In this document: positions 25,105-38,703 of the stretch, one piece after another
Position numbering within the stretch: the stretch's first letter is position 1
Layout: each line of letters opens with the position of its first letter
Assembly (NCBI GenBank): GCA_028534125.1
Contig: CM052817.1
Coordinates: 43,340,001 to 43,404,000 of the forward strand
Reading direction: 5' to 3'
DNA: 64,000 bases
From: Lama glama
Lineage: Eukaryota
Program-made: the position numbers and the translations under genes
The notes under the pieces: generated by a model
Told to the model about the DNA's origin: nothing
Databases searched by the model: none
What the model saw: the letters and a program-made list of their open reading frames with translations, nothing else

Positions 25105-26645
25105 CTTTGCCAAGGACAGAGAGGACGAAGAGAGCAAAGGACCTCATTAGTGATCCACTTAAGCCAGTGCAGGTTGGCCCTGCTGAGACTTCACGTTAAA
25201 ATATGTCCTTTCCTGTCACAGGTTTTCTGTAAATGGAGGGATTGCTAATCACTTTAGCTCCATCTCCAGTGAGGAATCTGCTTATTTATAGGCCAAATTC
25301 CACCTGTGGTGAAGGCTCAGTATTGCAGATTTACTATTCAACGCCATACGAGGATTAATGGCCCCTGCCTGACACTAGCTGGCAGTAATAAAAATCTATG
25401 ATCCAAAATACACTCCACCCTGGTTATGAGATTTTTGCTTAATTCTTTCCCCTTTACACTTACGCATGAGCCCCTGTGTGGCCATGAGTGCTTGGACACC
25501 AGACATCCTTCAGAGCTGCCCCTCTGAGAAGCAATAGCTCAAAGGCTACCTACGAGGCCGTCTTGCAAAGACAGTAATGTGAAGGTTTGGCGGCCTAGAA
25601 TGGGGAGGGTTAGAGCTTAGAGATGGTCTTCCTTTTTTATAAAGTGATTCTCCGAAGATGCAGATATCCCTGGCAGCAGTGAAGGCCCCCATCATCCTCT
25701 CCTATAGACATCTGGGCTAGGTTACCCCTAAGACCTGCCTTTCCCCCAGATCCTTATATAGAAAAGGAAAAAGTAAAGACACTTGGAAGAGATGTCCTTG
25801 TGAGGGTGTGGGGAGAGGGCGTCTACCTTCCCGGCAAACTAACCAGACACACGTAGGCTGGATTCAAATGCCCTTTGACGCTCAGTGGAGTGACAGAGAC
25901 ATACAGAGACCACCCCCACCATTTCCAAGGGAGGCCTTTTCTCCCTCCACTTGCCACGACATCTCTGAAAAGGCTATCTATCCTTCCTGCCCGCTTCTGA
26001 CTACACCACAGCTGGTGCTAGAATCGACATCAGCCCCTTCACCTTAGACTGCTCCAGAAAGTTCCGTGAAAAAGCCTAGCATACAGTTTAACTCTTCTTT
26101 GTCTCATTCCTCCCATCAGATAAATACATCAGACAGTTCAACAGCTACTTGTGACCTGAATCCCGTCTTTCTTCCCTGACTCATCTCCACAGCATCTCCT
26201 AGCAGATGTTAAAACCACCTCAGCACAGAGACTGTGTCTTCTGGGTTTAGCAACCCTGAAGAGCCCAGCACAGTGGTTTGTACCAATGTTTGTTAAATGA
26301 TGGTGTCATGTATGCTTTGTATAAAAATCAATTGCTCCTATCACTCAGCTAAATCACAGGCTAACAACAACAACAACAAAGTCCTTTTAAAGGAGCCAAA
26401 ATGCTTAGGACGTTCTGAAGGAAAGTACTTCTTTTTCCTTCCCCCCTCCCCCCTTTTCCATGCCATTTTCATTAACAAACAATTTTAAAGACTCCTGCAA
26501 TCTCAAATGTGTGCTTAATAAGTACTTCATGCTATTGGAACTATTGTTTTTATCTTTCATTTTTCTGCTCATTCCTCTTTTCAAATACAAGATTTTTGCC
26601 TCTCGACAAAGTAAAACCGACACCTTGGGATTGGCATTCAATTAC

Positions 26646-26846
26646 CGGGACTGAACTTCAAGACTCGGCTTTTCGGGTGATAATCCACACCAGACTGGGC
26701 AGACCCGTCCCGCGTGCTACAGCGAACCTTGGATGTCCTGTTCTGATCCCCTCTGCGGATCACCTTGATGTTCAGAACGGCCATGGCATCTGGCCCCGAG
26801 GGTTCCCGGACTTGGTACGCTGCTTCTTCAAACTCAATGGTGGGGG
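26646..26846 (-). CDS. FRAS1: FRAS1 coding exon 14, Calx-beta 5: APTIEFEEAAYQVREP...IRRGDQNR...VLKFSP
   Basis: Acceptor TTTCCGTAG|CC, donor CCG|GTAATT, 201 nt, phase 1 to 1; hand-translated. Confidence 0.95.
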
Positions 26847-28800
26847 CTACGGAAACAAGGTTAGGAAAACAAGAGCAAGTTGGAAAAATAAAAAATTCCG
26901 TCTCTTGTGGAAAATACCTTATAATGGCAAGAGGGAATTTTTCATATTAGTTAACGATACGAAGGCACAATGGCTTGCAGGCTTAAAAATCAATCAGTAT
27001 TTACCCCTAAGCAATACTTTGGAGAAAGGAATTTATTTATGATTCTGCAGGAGGTGTTTCTCAAATATTTCCTATTAAAAACAATATAATGGGAGAAATA
27101 TTTTTAAGTGCTTTAAAATGCATGAAGTCCAAGTTTCCATCTAAGCATGACAGCTCACAGCATGTTTTCAAAGCTGCACAATTTATCAAGGGACTGAGAC
27201 ATAGTAAGCCCTCACAAGTATCTACTGACTGATTGTATGAATCAACTCCTTTTCATTTATGAGAGCAGAAATTTCACGTGCACACTGCTGAAATTTACCA
27301 AACCGTCTTTCATCTCGGATGTTTTGGATCCTCGCTCCCCCAGTGCTCTCACCTCCCCCTTCCTTAGCTTGTCCTAACTTCTCACAGGTTACTGAGTTAC
27401 AAACAAGTAGTTTCAGTGACTGACCACAAGAATTCAGGAACAGAAGATTTCCTAACACGATATGATTTGAGGTACTATTTTCATTCCTATGAAATGATTA
27501 ATTGTTGATTAATAAAAATTCAAAGTATGCCTCCTTTTCTGTTATAGTCTCATGGGGAAGGGTGAGGTGGTAGTGGTGGAGAGAATGAAACAAAAAGATG
27601 GAAAAACTGGGAGCAATTACAAATCTTCTACCATTTAAAATATATTAGAGAATTTTTCAGAAATTTCTGCCATCTCTATGGTCTTTTCCACTTTCTCTCA
27701 CAGAAAGTTGATTGTTCCCAATTGTAGAAGGTAAGCCTCATTTGAGACGTTGTAGCTTCTAACATGTATGCTCTTTGAAATTTAGGCATGTCACTGTGGC
27801 AGTGTGAACTTGTTACCTCTCTGAGCCTCAGTCCCTGGGTCTGTGTGAACAGGAAAAGGGTCACTTCAGGATTTGAACCTCAGTCTCCTTGGGTAAAGGG
27901 CTGACTTCATGTCAAGGCTGGCTTTTAAATTTTTTTCTCCAATGTCCAAGTTAGTCCTGTTTTTATATTAGAAACCCCAACAGTCTCACTGACTCCTGCG
28001 TAGATTCTAGAATCTGGTAAAATAAGGTTCTACATGCAGTTCTGCTGCTTGGAGCTGAGTAACTAGGAGTGTAAGTTATATGGCTTTGCTGAGGTTCAAT
28101 TTCTTTACCTATAATATAGAGATAATAACAGTTACCTCAAAGGGTTCCTGTCAGGAGTAAATGAAACAATACAATATGCTTAGCATGCGTCTTGGTGCGC
28201 AGTGAGTATTCAATAAAAACAGTGGTTACTACTTGTAGTGCCACTGTCCATTCACTAAAAAATCCATTTTAATAAAACAATCATGTCCCTATTTGAAACA
28301 GATTCTGTTTCCTCTGGTGCCTGGGTCACTCTTTGCTAATATCTGATGAAACAATTTAAGATTTTTTTGGTTAGTAGGCTGAATCAATTAGAAGAAAACT
28401 GAGAAATTAGACTTTCCCAGGAAGGAAACTAATTTCCTTCCTGGTTTTAAACTAATTTATTGGATTCAACTGATTCCGATTGTATTTCCAAATCTGCTCC
28501 TGAATTGCAGTGATTTAAACAGTTTTTATTCTCTGTCTTAGCGTCTCTGTCCTAGCTTCTAACCACACTCATTCCTTATCTCTTGGCGATGTGGTAGGAA
28601 ACAATGTGATTAAAAATCCTGGCATTATGTAGAGGGTGGTCATTTGCTGCCCACATTTTATATAAATACTCTAAGACTGTTATCAGTAGACACTTTTATA
28701 GTACTTTCATTTTTTAAAACACCTATAATTACATTATTAGTAAAACATCAGTTCATATCCCATCAACCTAAGAATAACTGAAGGCAGTTTCTTCCATTAC

Positions 28801-28957
28801 CATCTTCATCATTGGATATGGTGATGGTGGCCATGCTGTTCTTTCCAACTCTGGCTCCACTCCAGTGGTTCCCGAGAGGATGGCCGAGATAGACCCTGAA
28901 CTGCTCCTCAGGCTCAAACATGGAGTCATCATAGATATAGACAGTACAGTTCTTCAT
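28801..28957 (-). CDS. FRAS1: FRAS1 coding exon 13, Calx-beta 4: MKNCTVYIYDDSMFEPEEQF...ISNDED
   Basis: Acceptor GCTCTAG|ATG, donor ATG|GTAATG, 157 nt, phase 0 to 1. Confidence 0.96.
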
Positions 28958-30339
28958 CTAGAGCCAAGGGCACAAGACAGATTAGAATTTACAGTGAGAT
29001 ACCAACAATTTGTTTTGCTTTCCCTAGGAAAGTATTTTTCTTCTTTGCAGTATCAAAGGGTCAACACAAATTCAAAAGGATCCAAACCATTTCATTTATA
29101 AATGAAATAGAATGTTTAAGTCTTAACTATTCATGCCTGAATGGACCTACCTGTATGTGGAGTCTTGTATTAAACGTTGTGAGCCATTTTGAATTATTGG
29201 TCATGAGTTATGAAAGACAAGAGCAATAAAACGACCCACTAAAATGTGTCTGCAGAACATCTGTGTGCTTTCGCATATTTTGCCTGGGCCCACCCTACAC
29301 ATCTGCACACATTACGACAGGTAGATTTCTGATGGTGGGGGCTTAACGTAGGGGTTAGGCTTCCTGGAGAGCTAAATAATGTTCCTTCTCCTTTGTGAAA
29401 ATTGAATAGTCTTCTAAGGAACTCAGAAAGGCTTCCTGTTAGGCTGAAGACACCTATTTAGAAGCTGCAGAACTCTCAAACGTGCTGCCAAATGGTGTCT
29501 CATCTGAAAACTGCTGAGAACTGGAAGTCTGTGAACACAGTCTAAATTTCTGTTTGATCAAAAGAAACCAAGTGCTTTCCAAACTGAATATTCTCTCCTG
29601 AGGACTCTCTTCTTGAGAAAACGTAAAATAAGGTCACAACATTTTAGATAACAGAGCAGCTTCGACAGCTGAGTCATGGGATACGAAGTGGGATTATTTT
29701 TAGTTGAACCATTTAAAATCCATTGTCCTACCATATTGTGAAGGGTATGTGGATGTAGAGGCTTCACTGTCATACTTCCTAAGTCACGCTAAATGGAAGG
29801 AGAACATCTCTGCGAACACTTCCCTGTGGCTTGCTAGCCTGGTTTTAAATCCCGGAAGAATGTGCCCTTTTTTTTTCTTTTTTACCTACCATATCTTTCT
29901 TAAAATAAGAAGTTCTTTATGGAAAGCATGAATTTAGTAATGACTCTTCAGTATATCTTTTAAAAAAAGTCATTCTGGTGAATGACAAGTTCCAAAGACA
30001 TACTGCTTAGCAAGCCAAAGAAGATGGAGACTCTGAAGTGTGCTTATGAATGACAGACTGTCATGTGGGTGACACATAGACTATTAAGCTGTACTTTCTT
30101 TACAGTTTTATTAAATTACAAACTGTCTCTTGGATAGACAGAGAATCTTCTTCTGAACGTAAAACAAATACAGACATGCAGACTCAAAGGTGAAGGTTGT
30201 ATTTATAGTATTTATGTGTGTTTTTTAACACGTTTCAACCTGCCACCAGTAAAATTCCCATAAAATACATAACTAAGACAGAGCTTTTATGAGTCATGAA
30301 TGTGTAAAAGACTGAGAGCCCTAAAGAAGGAAGCTATCA

Positions 30340-31300
30340 CTTTTTTTGGTGGTAAAGATAAAATGGAGGAAGAATCTGGGGTGACCTGGGATGGGCAAAG
30401 TCTCTTATGCTAAACTTCAAAAGAACTAATTATAAGGCAAACATTTCATGTATTTGATTATATCAAAATCGAAGATTTCTATTCAACGAAGAACACCAAA
30501 GTCAAAGGTAACAGGTGACAGAAAAAGAAACTATGTTTACAGTATCTAAAATGTCTAAAACTGGCAAGGATTAATATTACTCTTTAGAATTAATATTTAG
30601 AATATACAAGAAAGTACTGCAAATCAGTAGGAAAAAGACAGCCATACAGTAAAATAAAATAAAAGGATAAAAATAACACATTCCCGTAGAGGAAACTCAA
30701 TGAGCTAACAAGCATGTAAAACAGTATTAATTAGAGGAATGCAAATTAAAATGAAATATAACTGTATACATATCTGACTAGTAAAAATCAAAAGATGAGC
30801 AATGCTAAGTGTTGAAGAAGATAGAAGGTTTTAGCAACCCTCATGTACTGTTTATGACTTTCTGGAAAGTATTCTAATACCATATTTCAAATTAAGCACA
30901 TTCATTCCCTGTGGCCCAGCAATGTTGGCTGTGAGTGTGTATCCAAAGAAGTTCCCACTCAGGTGTGTAAGTGGACATGTGTGAGGATTCACATGGCAGC
31001 TCCGTCAGTGGTAACAGTGTGTTAGGAGGTGACTGGGCGCCATCACTGAGGTTCTTTACTATCTGTTGCTGAGAGTGAATGGGTGAAAGAGTAAATGCAT
31101 ATCATGAAATACTTGGAAAGAGTTTGAAGCAACATATTAGATATATACATAAATGACATGCACAGATATTAAAACATTGCTGAGCAAACGCTGTAAATGT
31201 TTAAAAAAAGATAGGACACAATAGCAGTTTTATAAATTAAAAACTATGTACATAATAAACCACGCATTTTCTAAGAACAAATACAAAAGAAGAGATACAT
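30340..31300 (+). mobile_element. Highly diverged L1 (L1ME-type) fragment
   Basis: A-rich ORF2-end phrases (AGAATATACAAGAA..ACTGCAAATCA, ATTAGAGGAATGCAAATTAAAA, TGGCCCAGCAAT); boundaries approximate. Confidence 0.65.
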
Positions 31301-32048
31301 ATTAACACTCTGAGGTGGGGAAGGGAACGTGGCTGCAGAATAGGGGTAAAATAAAGCAAATAATCAGCAAAATAAGAGAACGACCTGTCCAGTGAGGACT
31401 ATGTGCCTTGAACCAAGGGGGAAAACTGACTCAATTATCTGCAACTGAGATCCAAAAATGGGGAAATAAGATTCCCATTTAATACCTACTTTTGACAAAC
31501 ACTGCGGTTACAGGCTTGATTCTGTGCAGCCATACTTAGTGTCTGGAGTTTCTCAGGAGTTCTTGCATCCACGTGCATAATTTTTCATTAAAATGCCAAG
31601 AGAATACTCTGCTGACTTGAACCTGCTCAACACCTGCCTGTCTAGTCCTGCACCATTCGTCCTATAGCAGGATGTCTGTTGACCTGGGACAGGGACCCAG
31701 GTATTAGAGAAGTGTCTCTTCCTCCTCTAGGTAACATTAGTGGGGTGTGTTCATCTCCAATGTAGTTTTAAATTAAAAGGAGGCTCCATTCATTTGATTC
31801 TGCTAAATTCCAAAAAAATGTTCTACAGCCTCCAAATATCCCAGCTCAACCAATGACACAGGTATTTGATTGTATGTGGGAGACAGAGAGGGAAGCCACA
31901 CAGAATAGATGGTATTGTTAAAAGTATGAGCAATTAATTAGAAAATTCTTAGGATGGTCAGAATTTGTCTAAATTACCTCACTATGGACAAATAAAAGCA
32001 TCAAGGAAGGAGAGAATCCTATCTTTAAGCCACCACAAATCCACTTAC

Positions 32049-32254
32049 TTTCTCCCCTTTGAGAAACGTAATCCGTGAAGAGTCTGTGTTTCTTCTCTCC
32101 TCAAAGTCCTCCATGACCTGAGCTGAATGGCCCTGCGTATAGCACCTCACTGACGACTCGTAGCTCAGGTCTCCACTCCGAATAACAGGCACATGTAGGA
32201 CACCCTCCTTCTCCTTCACTAGGAGCAAATCCTTGGCAAATTGCATGCTGGGCA
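32049..32254 (-). CDS. FRAS1: FRAS1 coding exon 12, Calx-beta 4: VPSMQFAKDLLLVKEKEG...ITFLKGEK
   Basis: Acceptor TATCCAG|TG, donor AAA|GTAAGT, 206 nt, phase 1 to 0. Confidence 0.96.
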
Positions 32255-33059
32255 CTGGATAAGCAGAAGGAAAGACAGAGACATCATTAGAGGGAGACTG
32301 AGTGAGGTGGCTGTAGCCCTCTTGGGCTCTGGGCAGCCACCTGGCAGGAAGGCTCCATTAAGGGCCACCGTGGGCTGACAAATCACACGTGGTAAGCAGA
32401 TTTCAAGGCCTTACTGCTGCTCTCAGGACACGGGAACTGCTTCCACTACGAGTGTAGTTTCAACAAAGTAGAATGAATCAAGTCTGCACCTGTTTTTGCT
32501 CAGCTTCAGGGCATAGTCACCATCTCAGATGCAGACAGGTGATGCAAGGAAGGAAATGGGCCAGGTGGAAGAAAAAGTCTGACAGAGACTTGAGTATCCA
32601 GAAAAATTCTCCTTCCTGCTAAGACTACACAAAAGGAAACAGCAATGCAAGCCAATGATAAATGGCCACTCACATAGGTCCTGGACCAGGGATACAACAG
32701 GGAAGAGCGGGGACTTTGGTTAAGAGGAAAGAGCAGGTCATGTTTGGCGGGGGGGGGGGGGTAGGGTTGCCCCTCATCTTCATTCTTTTGTTGGCAGATC
32801 TTCTTATTTTCCAAAGAAACCAGAGATCTGCCTTTTTATGTCCTTGCTCCTAAATTTTAAAAGAGCAAGCAATTAAAATAGTAAAGAGAAACTCCTTATA
32901 GACCCAAACTGTTGACTCCAAACAAAACACATCCACATGCTGAATGTGGCCAGTGGGTCCCAGTCCGTGACTCCTGCTATACAGTTACTTCTTCTTTAAT
33001 AACTCACACGGCCTCACTGGACTTTAGGGAGGGACAATAGCCAAATAGCGGTTAAAAAC

Positions 33060-33290
33060 AAGGGCTTCAGAGTAAACAGGCCTGAATTTCCATCTCAGCC
33101 TTGCCACTTATTGGCTGTATGATATAGCAAGTTACTTAGATTTTCTGAGCCTTGAGGTTTTTTCGTATGTAAATTGGAAATACTGAACTAGAATTATTGG
33201 GAGGATTGAACTTAACGAGATTATGTATGCATGGTGCTCAACAGTGTACCTAGCACACAGCAGGCACTCACATTTTGGCAGGAATTATTA
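33060..33290 (+). mobile_element. MIR SINE
   Basis: GGGCTTCAGAGT.A.ACAG.CCTG..GCCACTTA..GCTGT.TGA..GCAAGTTACTTA..TCTGAGCCT..GCACACAG.AGGCACTCA. Confidence 0.7.
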
Positions 33291-35407
33291 CATTATGGTT
33301 TGTATTGCCCCCTATCTCCAGCTTTCTCCATGCAAAGAATCAGCTTTTCCCCCTTGCTTCCTACCATGCCGTCGGTAGTACTCGGCATTAAGACATGGCC
33401 CCTTCCGAGACAACATCTTGTTGACTGCCGCCTATTATTTAGTGAACAACACAAAGAGGTAGTCCACCCAGTCACATGTCAGATTAGTCTCTGGGGCTGC
33501 AGGAAGCTGACCCTAAAGCTACAGTCACCTACTTCCTGGCTGCGTCCTGGCTGTACCCCATCAAACCTCACTGAAAGGAAGGAAGAGACGGTGTGAGCAC
33601 CAGGCTTTCTGCAAATCAGTACAGAGAAAGCTCTCTTTGCCTCCAACCTGCCCACTGCTCAGAGCTGTCGGCATTAGCAACATAACACAAAGCCGCTATC
33701 TGAGCTAAGCCTAACAGCTCCCGTGTACCACTGAAGAAAAACCTGGAAGATAACTCTTCAAAGAACACCACACCTTAAAGAAGATGAGTGACTTCGGCAT
33801 CAGGCCCTGCCCATCAGCTGTCTGGGGCTCCTTCCATCTGTCTGTGCTGCTGAAAGGCAGGTGGGAATGACACGACCTTGCCCAGGGGGACAAGGATGCT
33901 TGCTGACAAGTAAAAAGCAACAACAGGCAAGAAAGCTTTTCTGCTCCTGGCAGATTATCTAATGCTTTGGATTGATTTTTCTTACTGGTTCAACAAGCAA
34001 TAAGTTGGAGGAGAGTTAAAAGCTTAAGTGGTGATGTTCGGATTTTGTCATATATTAATCAACCCCAGATTCCTCTTGAGCTGTATGTAAAAAGACTCCT
34101 TTCTCCCTTTCTTTCTATTTAACAGATATTAACCCTTACTCCTATGCCTATCTGCTAAAATAAAAAAAAAAAAAAAAGAAAAGAAAAGAAAGGGAAGTGA
34201 GTGAACGAACACTTCTCATACTGCCTCCTGGGAAGAGTCCCTGCTTTTAAGGAGCCCCCAGTCCGGTGGGAGACGGACTGGGAGTCCAGTGGGAGGCAGA
34301 GACAATGGAAAGACAGTGGCCAGGTTCAGGGATAGATTCATGCGTGGGGGTCATGGCATATATAGAAAGGGCCCAGCCTGGGGCAGGCATTGTGTTAAGG
34401 GCTTCCATACAATTCATGTCATCCTCTCAACAACCCTGCCGGCACTGCAATCTCCACAGGAAGTATGGGCGTTGGCCCTGGGGGTCAGTCCTGCCTGACT
34501 GCAGAACTCCTCTTTCCTCACGGATGGAAAATAGAAATGGAATGGGAAACAGAAACCACTCCCTGAAGGCTCACGGGCTGGCAGTGGGTATTATGCACTA
34601 TTGTCAACGCCTCTCTGAGACCATCAATTTGCAGTTATCTTCTTATTTGTGTAAGTCTTGTGTCCTGAAATACATTGCGGGACACTGTTTTCTACTCCTC
34701 TGTAACCCCCAGTGCTGAGCATCAGTCTCAGGCCTGGGAAGTGTCACCCAACACTGTTACCCACTAATCTTCTTCGTAACTGACAAGGTGAGTGCAAACA
34801 CCACCGCCTGGAACGCTGTGGCCTCTTTATGGGCAATGGCTAAGTTGGAGATTTAGGAAGAGCCCTGCCTCTGGTTCTGTGATTAATGAGTGGGTAAGAC
34901 ACAGCTATATTCACAGGCGTGCAGTGAGGCAGCGGCTCCAAGGCCTTTCTTGCCTTGCTCAGCATTCTTCAGACACCAAAGTCCAATTCCAAGTATCAGA
35001 GCAGAGGAGAAAGAAAACAGAAAAGGCTCTGTGATGAGCTACTCAGATGATTTAAGGGCCTGAAACCAGCCCAGTGGAGACAGATAAAAGGAACTAAGAT
35101 CACTTCAGAAGGCTGGAAGCTGACTTTACAAGGGCCTTGAGTGACATTAAGTCTTGCTACACAGAAGGTGGTGGCCACCTAAAACTGTGATATAAAAAGT
35201 CAACATGGTAGCGTATAAATCCAGAAGACTGGACTTGGATAGAACAGACCTGGGTTTTAACTCTGGCTCCATCACCTCCTCTCTTCTTCTTAAATTGATC
35301 AACCCCAGTTTCCCAAACTGGAGAGGATTAGAGATAACGTAATTAGAGATTTTTCTACCCTAGAATGTGCACACTGAAGAGACTCAACGAAAGTTAGTGA
35401 TTACTAG

Positions 35408-35909
35408 TATCAACTGGAAAAAAAAAGGCACAACCTAAAAGCTGAGAGTTACGTTCCACCTGGCGGAGTTTGTGAAGACTCGAGCCCCAGAGGTGGCCTC
35501 TCAGACAGCTAGCTCTGAGCCTGCTCTGAAGAGGCAGGGAAGGAGCCAGGATATACCGGATCAGGTAGTCAGAAAAGATCACTGTTAACTAAAGCACCAG
35601 ATATCTCAAATTAAGGAAGTTAGCGTTTTTCTTTGTATGGGAAGCATTTCTCAATGAGTCTGGGCTCACTGAAGTCATTCCTTTGACGTGCACCTAGCCA
35701 TCTAGGGCCAGTATCCTGTTCTTTCCCATCCTCAGTCCCCTCAGGGTGCACCACTGGGGGTGGTGGCAGAGGACGGGCTGCCTGCTTGTCTGCATCCTGA
35801 GTTCCCTCCAGCTCACTGTGGAGTTGGTGGGGGGAACTGGTAGTGGCTGATGGGTGATGTCTTCAGTGTCCTTTGCTTACCGATCTGGCCAGCAATATTT
35901 TTGTTCACA
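35408..35909 (-). mobile_element. ERV1 solo LTR, MER41-like (laurasiatherian MER41 group)
   Basis: T.TCAACTG.AAAAAAA.GCACAACCTAAAAG.TGAGA; GAGTCTGGGCTCA.TGAA.TCATTCCTTTGA..TGCACCT; ends TCACA; degenerate 4-bp TSD CTAG/GTAG. Confidence 0.75.
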
Positions 35910-36229
35910 GTAGGAAAAAGGATAATCAACAGAAGTAATGGGTGAACACTGCAATGGGTTACCGAAATAGGTTTGCAGATTTCTTTCTCTGGAATAAATT
36001 CTTGACTGAATATATATTGTTGTAGTCTTCCAGGAAGATATTTTATTTAACATATTCATTTTCTAAGTTTGCAACCCTAATGTCCATCAATAAAATACAA
36101 GAATGATCTAAAAGGAATCTTCTATGTTGATCAGAGTGCAATGAAGATTGTGTGTTACTGGAGTCCCACTGGCAAGTGTGATAAATTACAGATGCATCAG
36201 GAAGAAAAGAAATAATCATGTAATAAAAC

Positions 36230-36440
36230 CTTCTATGTGCCAGGTACTGGGGTAGGTATTTTCATATATTTTATCTAATTTAATCCTTACAGCAATCTCG
36301 TAGGTATATTCATTATTTACAGATGAGCAAAATGAGGCTCAGTAACCTCAAGGCAATGAGCAAGGAAGGCCAGAGAGCAAGGAAGTGGTGGGCTGGGATT
36401 GTATTTCAGGATTTCTGACTTTGCATTCACTTTCCACTTC
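36230..36440 (-). mobile_element. MIR SINE
   Basis: CTATGTGCCAGGTACT..TTTAATCCTTACAGCAA..TTTACAGATGAG.AAA.TGAGGCTCAG. Confidence 0.7.
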
Positions 36441-36857
36441 ATCAGAGGGAAATTCACTGTCCTTTCATGCAAAAGAGTGAGAAGCCTTTTTAAAAATAAA
36501 AAGAATAACTGAATTTCCTTCTTTCTTCTTTTTTAACTTCTTTAAAGAAAAAAAAAAATCCCACGTATTCTTCCACTGCACTAAATAGGACCATTTCGCG
36601 TAGTGCAAAGTATTAACCTGGAGCCAAAAGTCCTAGAATGCATGCTGGTTCCTCCATATACTAGACTTTGGATGACTTGTTTACTTGGCTGAATATCAGT
36701 TTCTTTATCCACAAAATAGAACAAGAGTAAAATCATGATATTATAAGCAAAGGAGATAATGTTTAATAGATCACTCTAAACTTTGAGGTAACACGCAACA
36801 TAATATAGTATAATTGTTATAATCGTGTTCATGGTTATAAGTTACCATTTTGTGAAT

Positions 36858-37782
36858 CACAAACTCAAATGTAAAACTTAAAACTATAAAACTTCCATAA
36901 AATAACATAGGAGAAAATCTTGGTAACTTTGGGCTAGGCAAATATTTTTTAGATATAACACTAAAAGCAAAATCCATAATAGAAACATCAGTAAACAGGA
37001 CTACTTTAGAATAAAAAAATGATTGTTCTTTGAAAGACATTGTTAAGAGAACAAAAAACAAGCAACAGATTGGGATAAAATATTTATGAAAAACAAATCT
37101 TTGTCCAGAATCTAAAATGATGCAAGAGTAGAAGAGAAAAACAACCCAATTTAAAAAATGGGGAAAATATTTGAACAAAAAAAGACATACGAATGGCAAG
37201 TAAGCACCAGGAAAGACCTCAATGTCATTAGTCACTCACTATATACCTACCTGAATAACTAGCTAAAAGGGCCCACAAAAACCTGATAACAGCAAATGCT
37301 GGTGAAGATGTGGAGCAACTGGAATTCTCATACACTGCTGGTGGTTAATGCGAAATAGTTGCAACCACTTTGGAAAACAGGCTGGCTCTTTCTAATAATG
37401 CTAAACAAACACTTACTCATCTGACCCAGCAACCCTGCTTGTAAGCACTGACTCCAGAGAAATGAAAACCTATATTCACACAGGAAAATACTCAGCAATA
37501 AAGGGAATGAACCACTCATATTTGCAACAACACGGACAACTCTCAAAAGCAGTGTTCCAAGTGAAAGAAGCCAGACTCAAGATGGCATCTATTACACAAT
37601 TCCACTTCTGTGACATTCTGGAAATGGCAAAATTTGGGACAGAGAACAGATTGGTGGGTGCCAGGGCTTGGGATGGGGAGAGGAGGACTACGAAGGGACA
37701 CGAGGGAATTTTGCATCTTGATTGTGGTGGTGGGTGAATTTTCGTCTATGTAAGTTAGATCTCAATAAACCTGACTCTAAAA
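36858..37782 (+). mobile_element. L1 (L1MB-type) 3' fragment with internal deletions
   Basis: AAAACTATAAAACTTC..AACATAGGAGAAAATCTT, GATGTGGAGCAACTGGAA.TCTCATACACTGCTGGTGG, terminal CTCAATAAA. Confidence 0.8.
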
Positions 37783-38703
37783 TAAGATACGACTTTGGAT
37801 ATATGCAAATATATACATATTTTTTTCTTTTGAAGGATGTGCACAAGAGCAACAACAACAAAAAATGGTTAAAACAGTTGTCTCCAGGGAGGTGAGCTGG
37901 AGGGTTGAGACAGCGGCAGAAGGAAGACAAACTTCATGGTATACCTTTTTTGCTGTTTGCTTTTTTTACTATATAAATAAATAAATCATTTAAAAACCAA
38001 TAAAAACATTAAAGATCACCCTGCCGGTCTGCCCTTTCCTTCTCTGGTGACTTTTCATCACTGAAGAGTTTAACCCTGGGCTCTATGTCAGTCAGTGGGG
38101 ATGCTGTTCATTCTCATGTTACCTAGGGCAGCTCTTCTGTGGGGACTCACATTCTTATATACAGACCTGTGTCTGTTCGTTCCTGCACGCCATCCTCAGG
38201 ATGGCCAGTATTAGTTTCCTCAAACATCACACCATCCCTCTGCTTAGACGCATCTGCTGCTTCCCTTTGCCTACAAATCCCTGACGCTGGAACAAAGCAC
38301 CTCTTAGACCTTGACTCCCACCTATCTCTCCATATCATTTCCTTCCGCTCTCCTCCTGCCAGACTCAAAGCAAAAGTAAGCATCTCACTGTGCTCCAAAT
38401 AAGCATCTTTCAAAATTGGGCACCTTACATACACTATACCTCTCCATTTAACAAAGCTTTATTTTATTGTCCCTTACACAAACTCCTACCACACCTGAAG
38501 ACTGTTTAAATATCACCTTCTTTGTGAAATCTTCCATGTGTGAAATCCACGCATAGTTACTGTTCAGTCCCCTCTGCTCCCACACTACTGGAACTATCTC
38601 ACAGTCATTTATCATAACACATCCTATTTTTTTCTGTTTAAGGATCTGATCCCCTAAGTAGACCTTGAGCTTCTTGAAAACACAGCCCAACCAAGGCTTA
38701 TAA

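Noticed and set aside
25105..25107. AAG 3' splice site at exon 15
   Set aside because: Uncommon but canonical; strong pyrimidine tract and correct phase
36771..37235. 154-aa hydrophobic minus-strand ORF resembling a membrane protein
   Set aside because: Antisense reading of an A-rich L1 fragment
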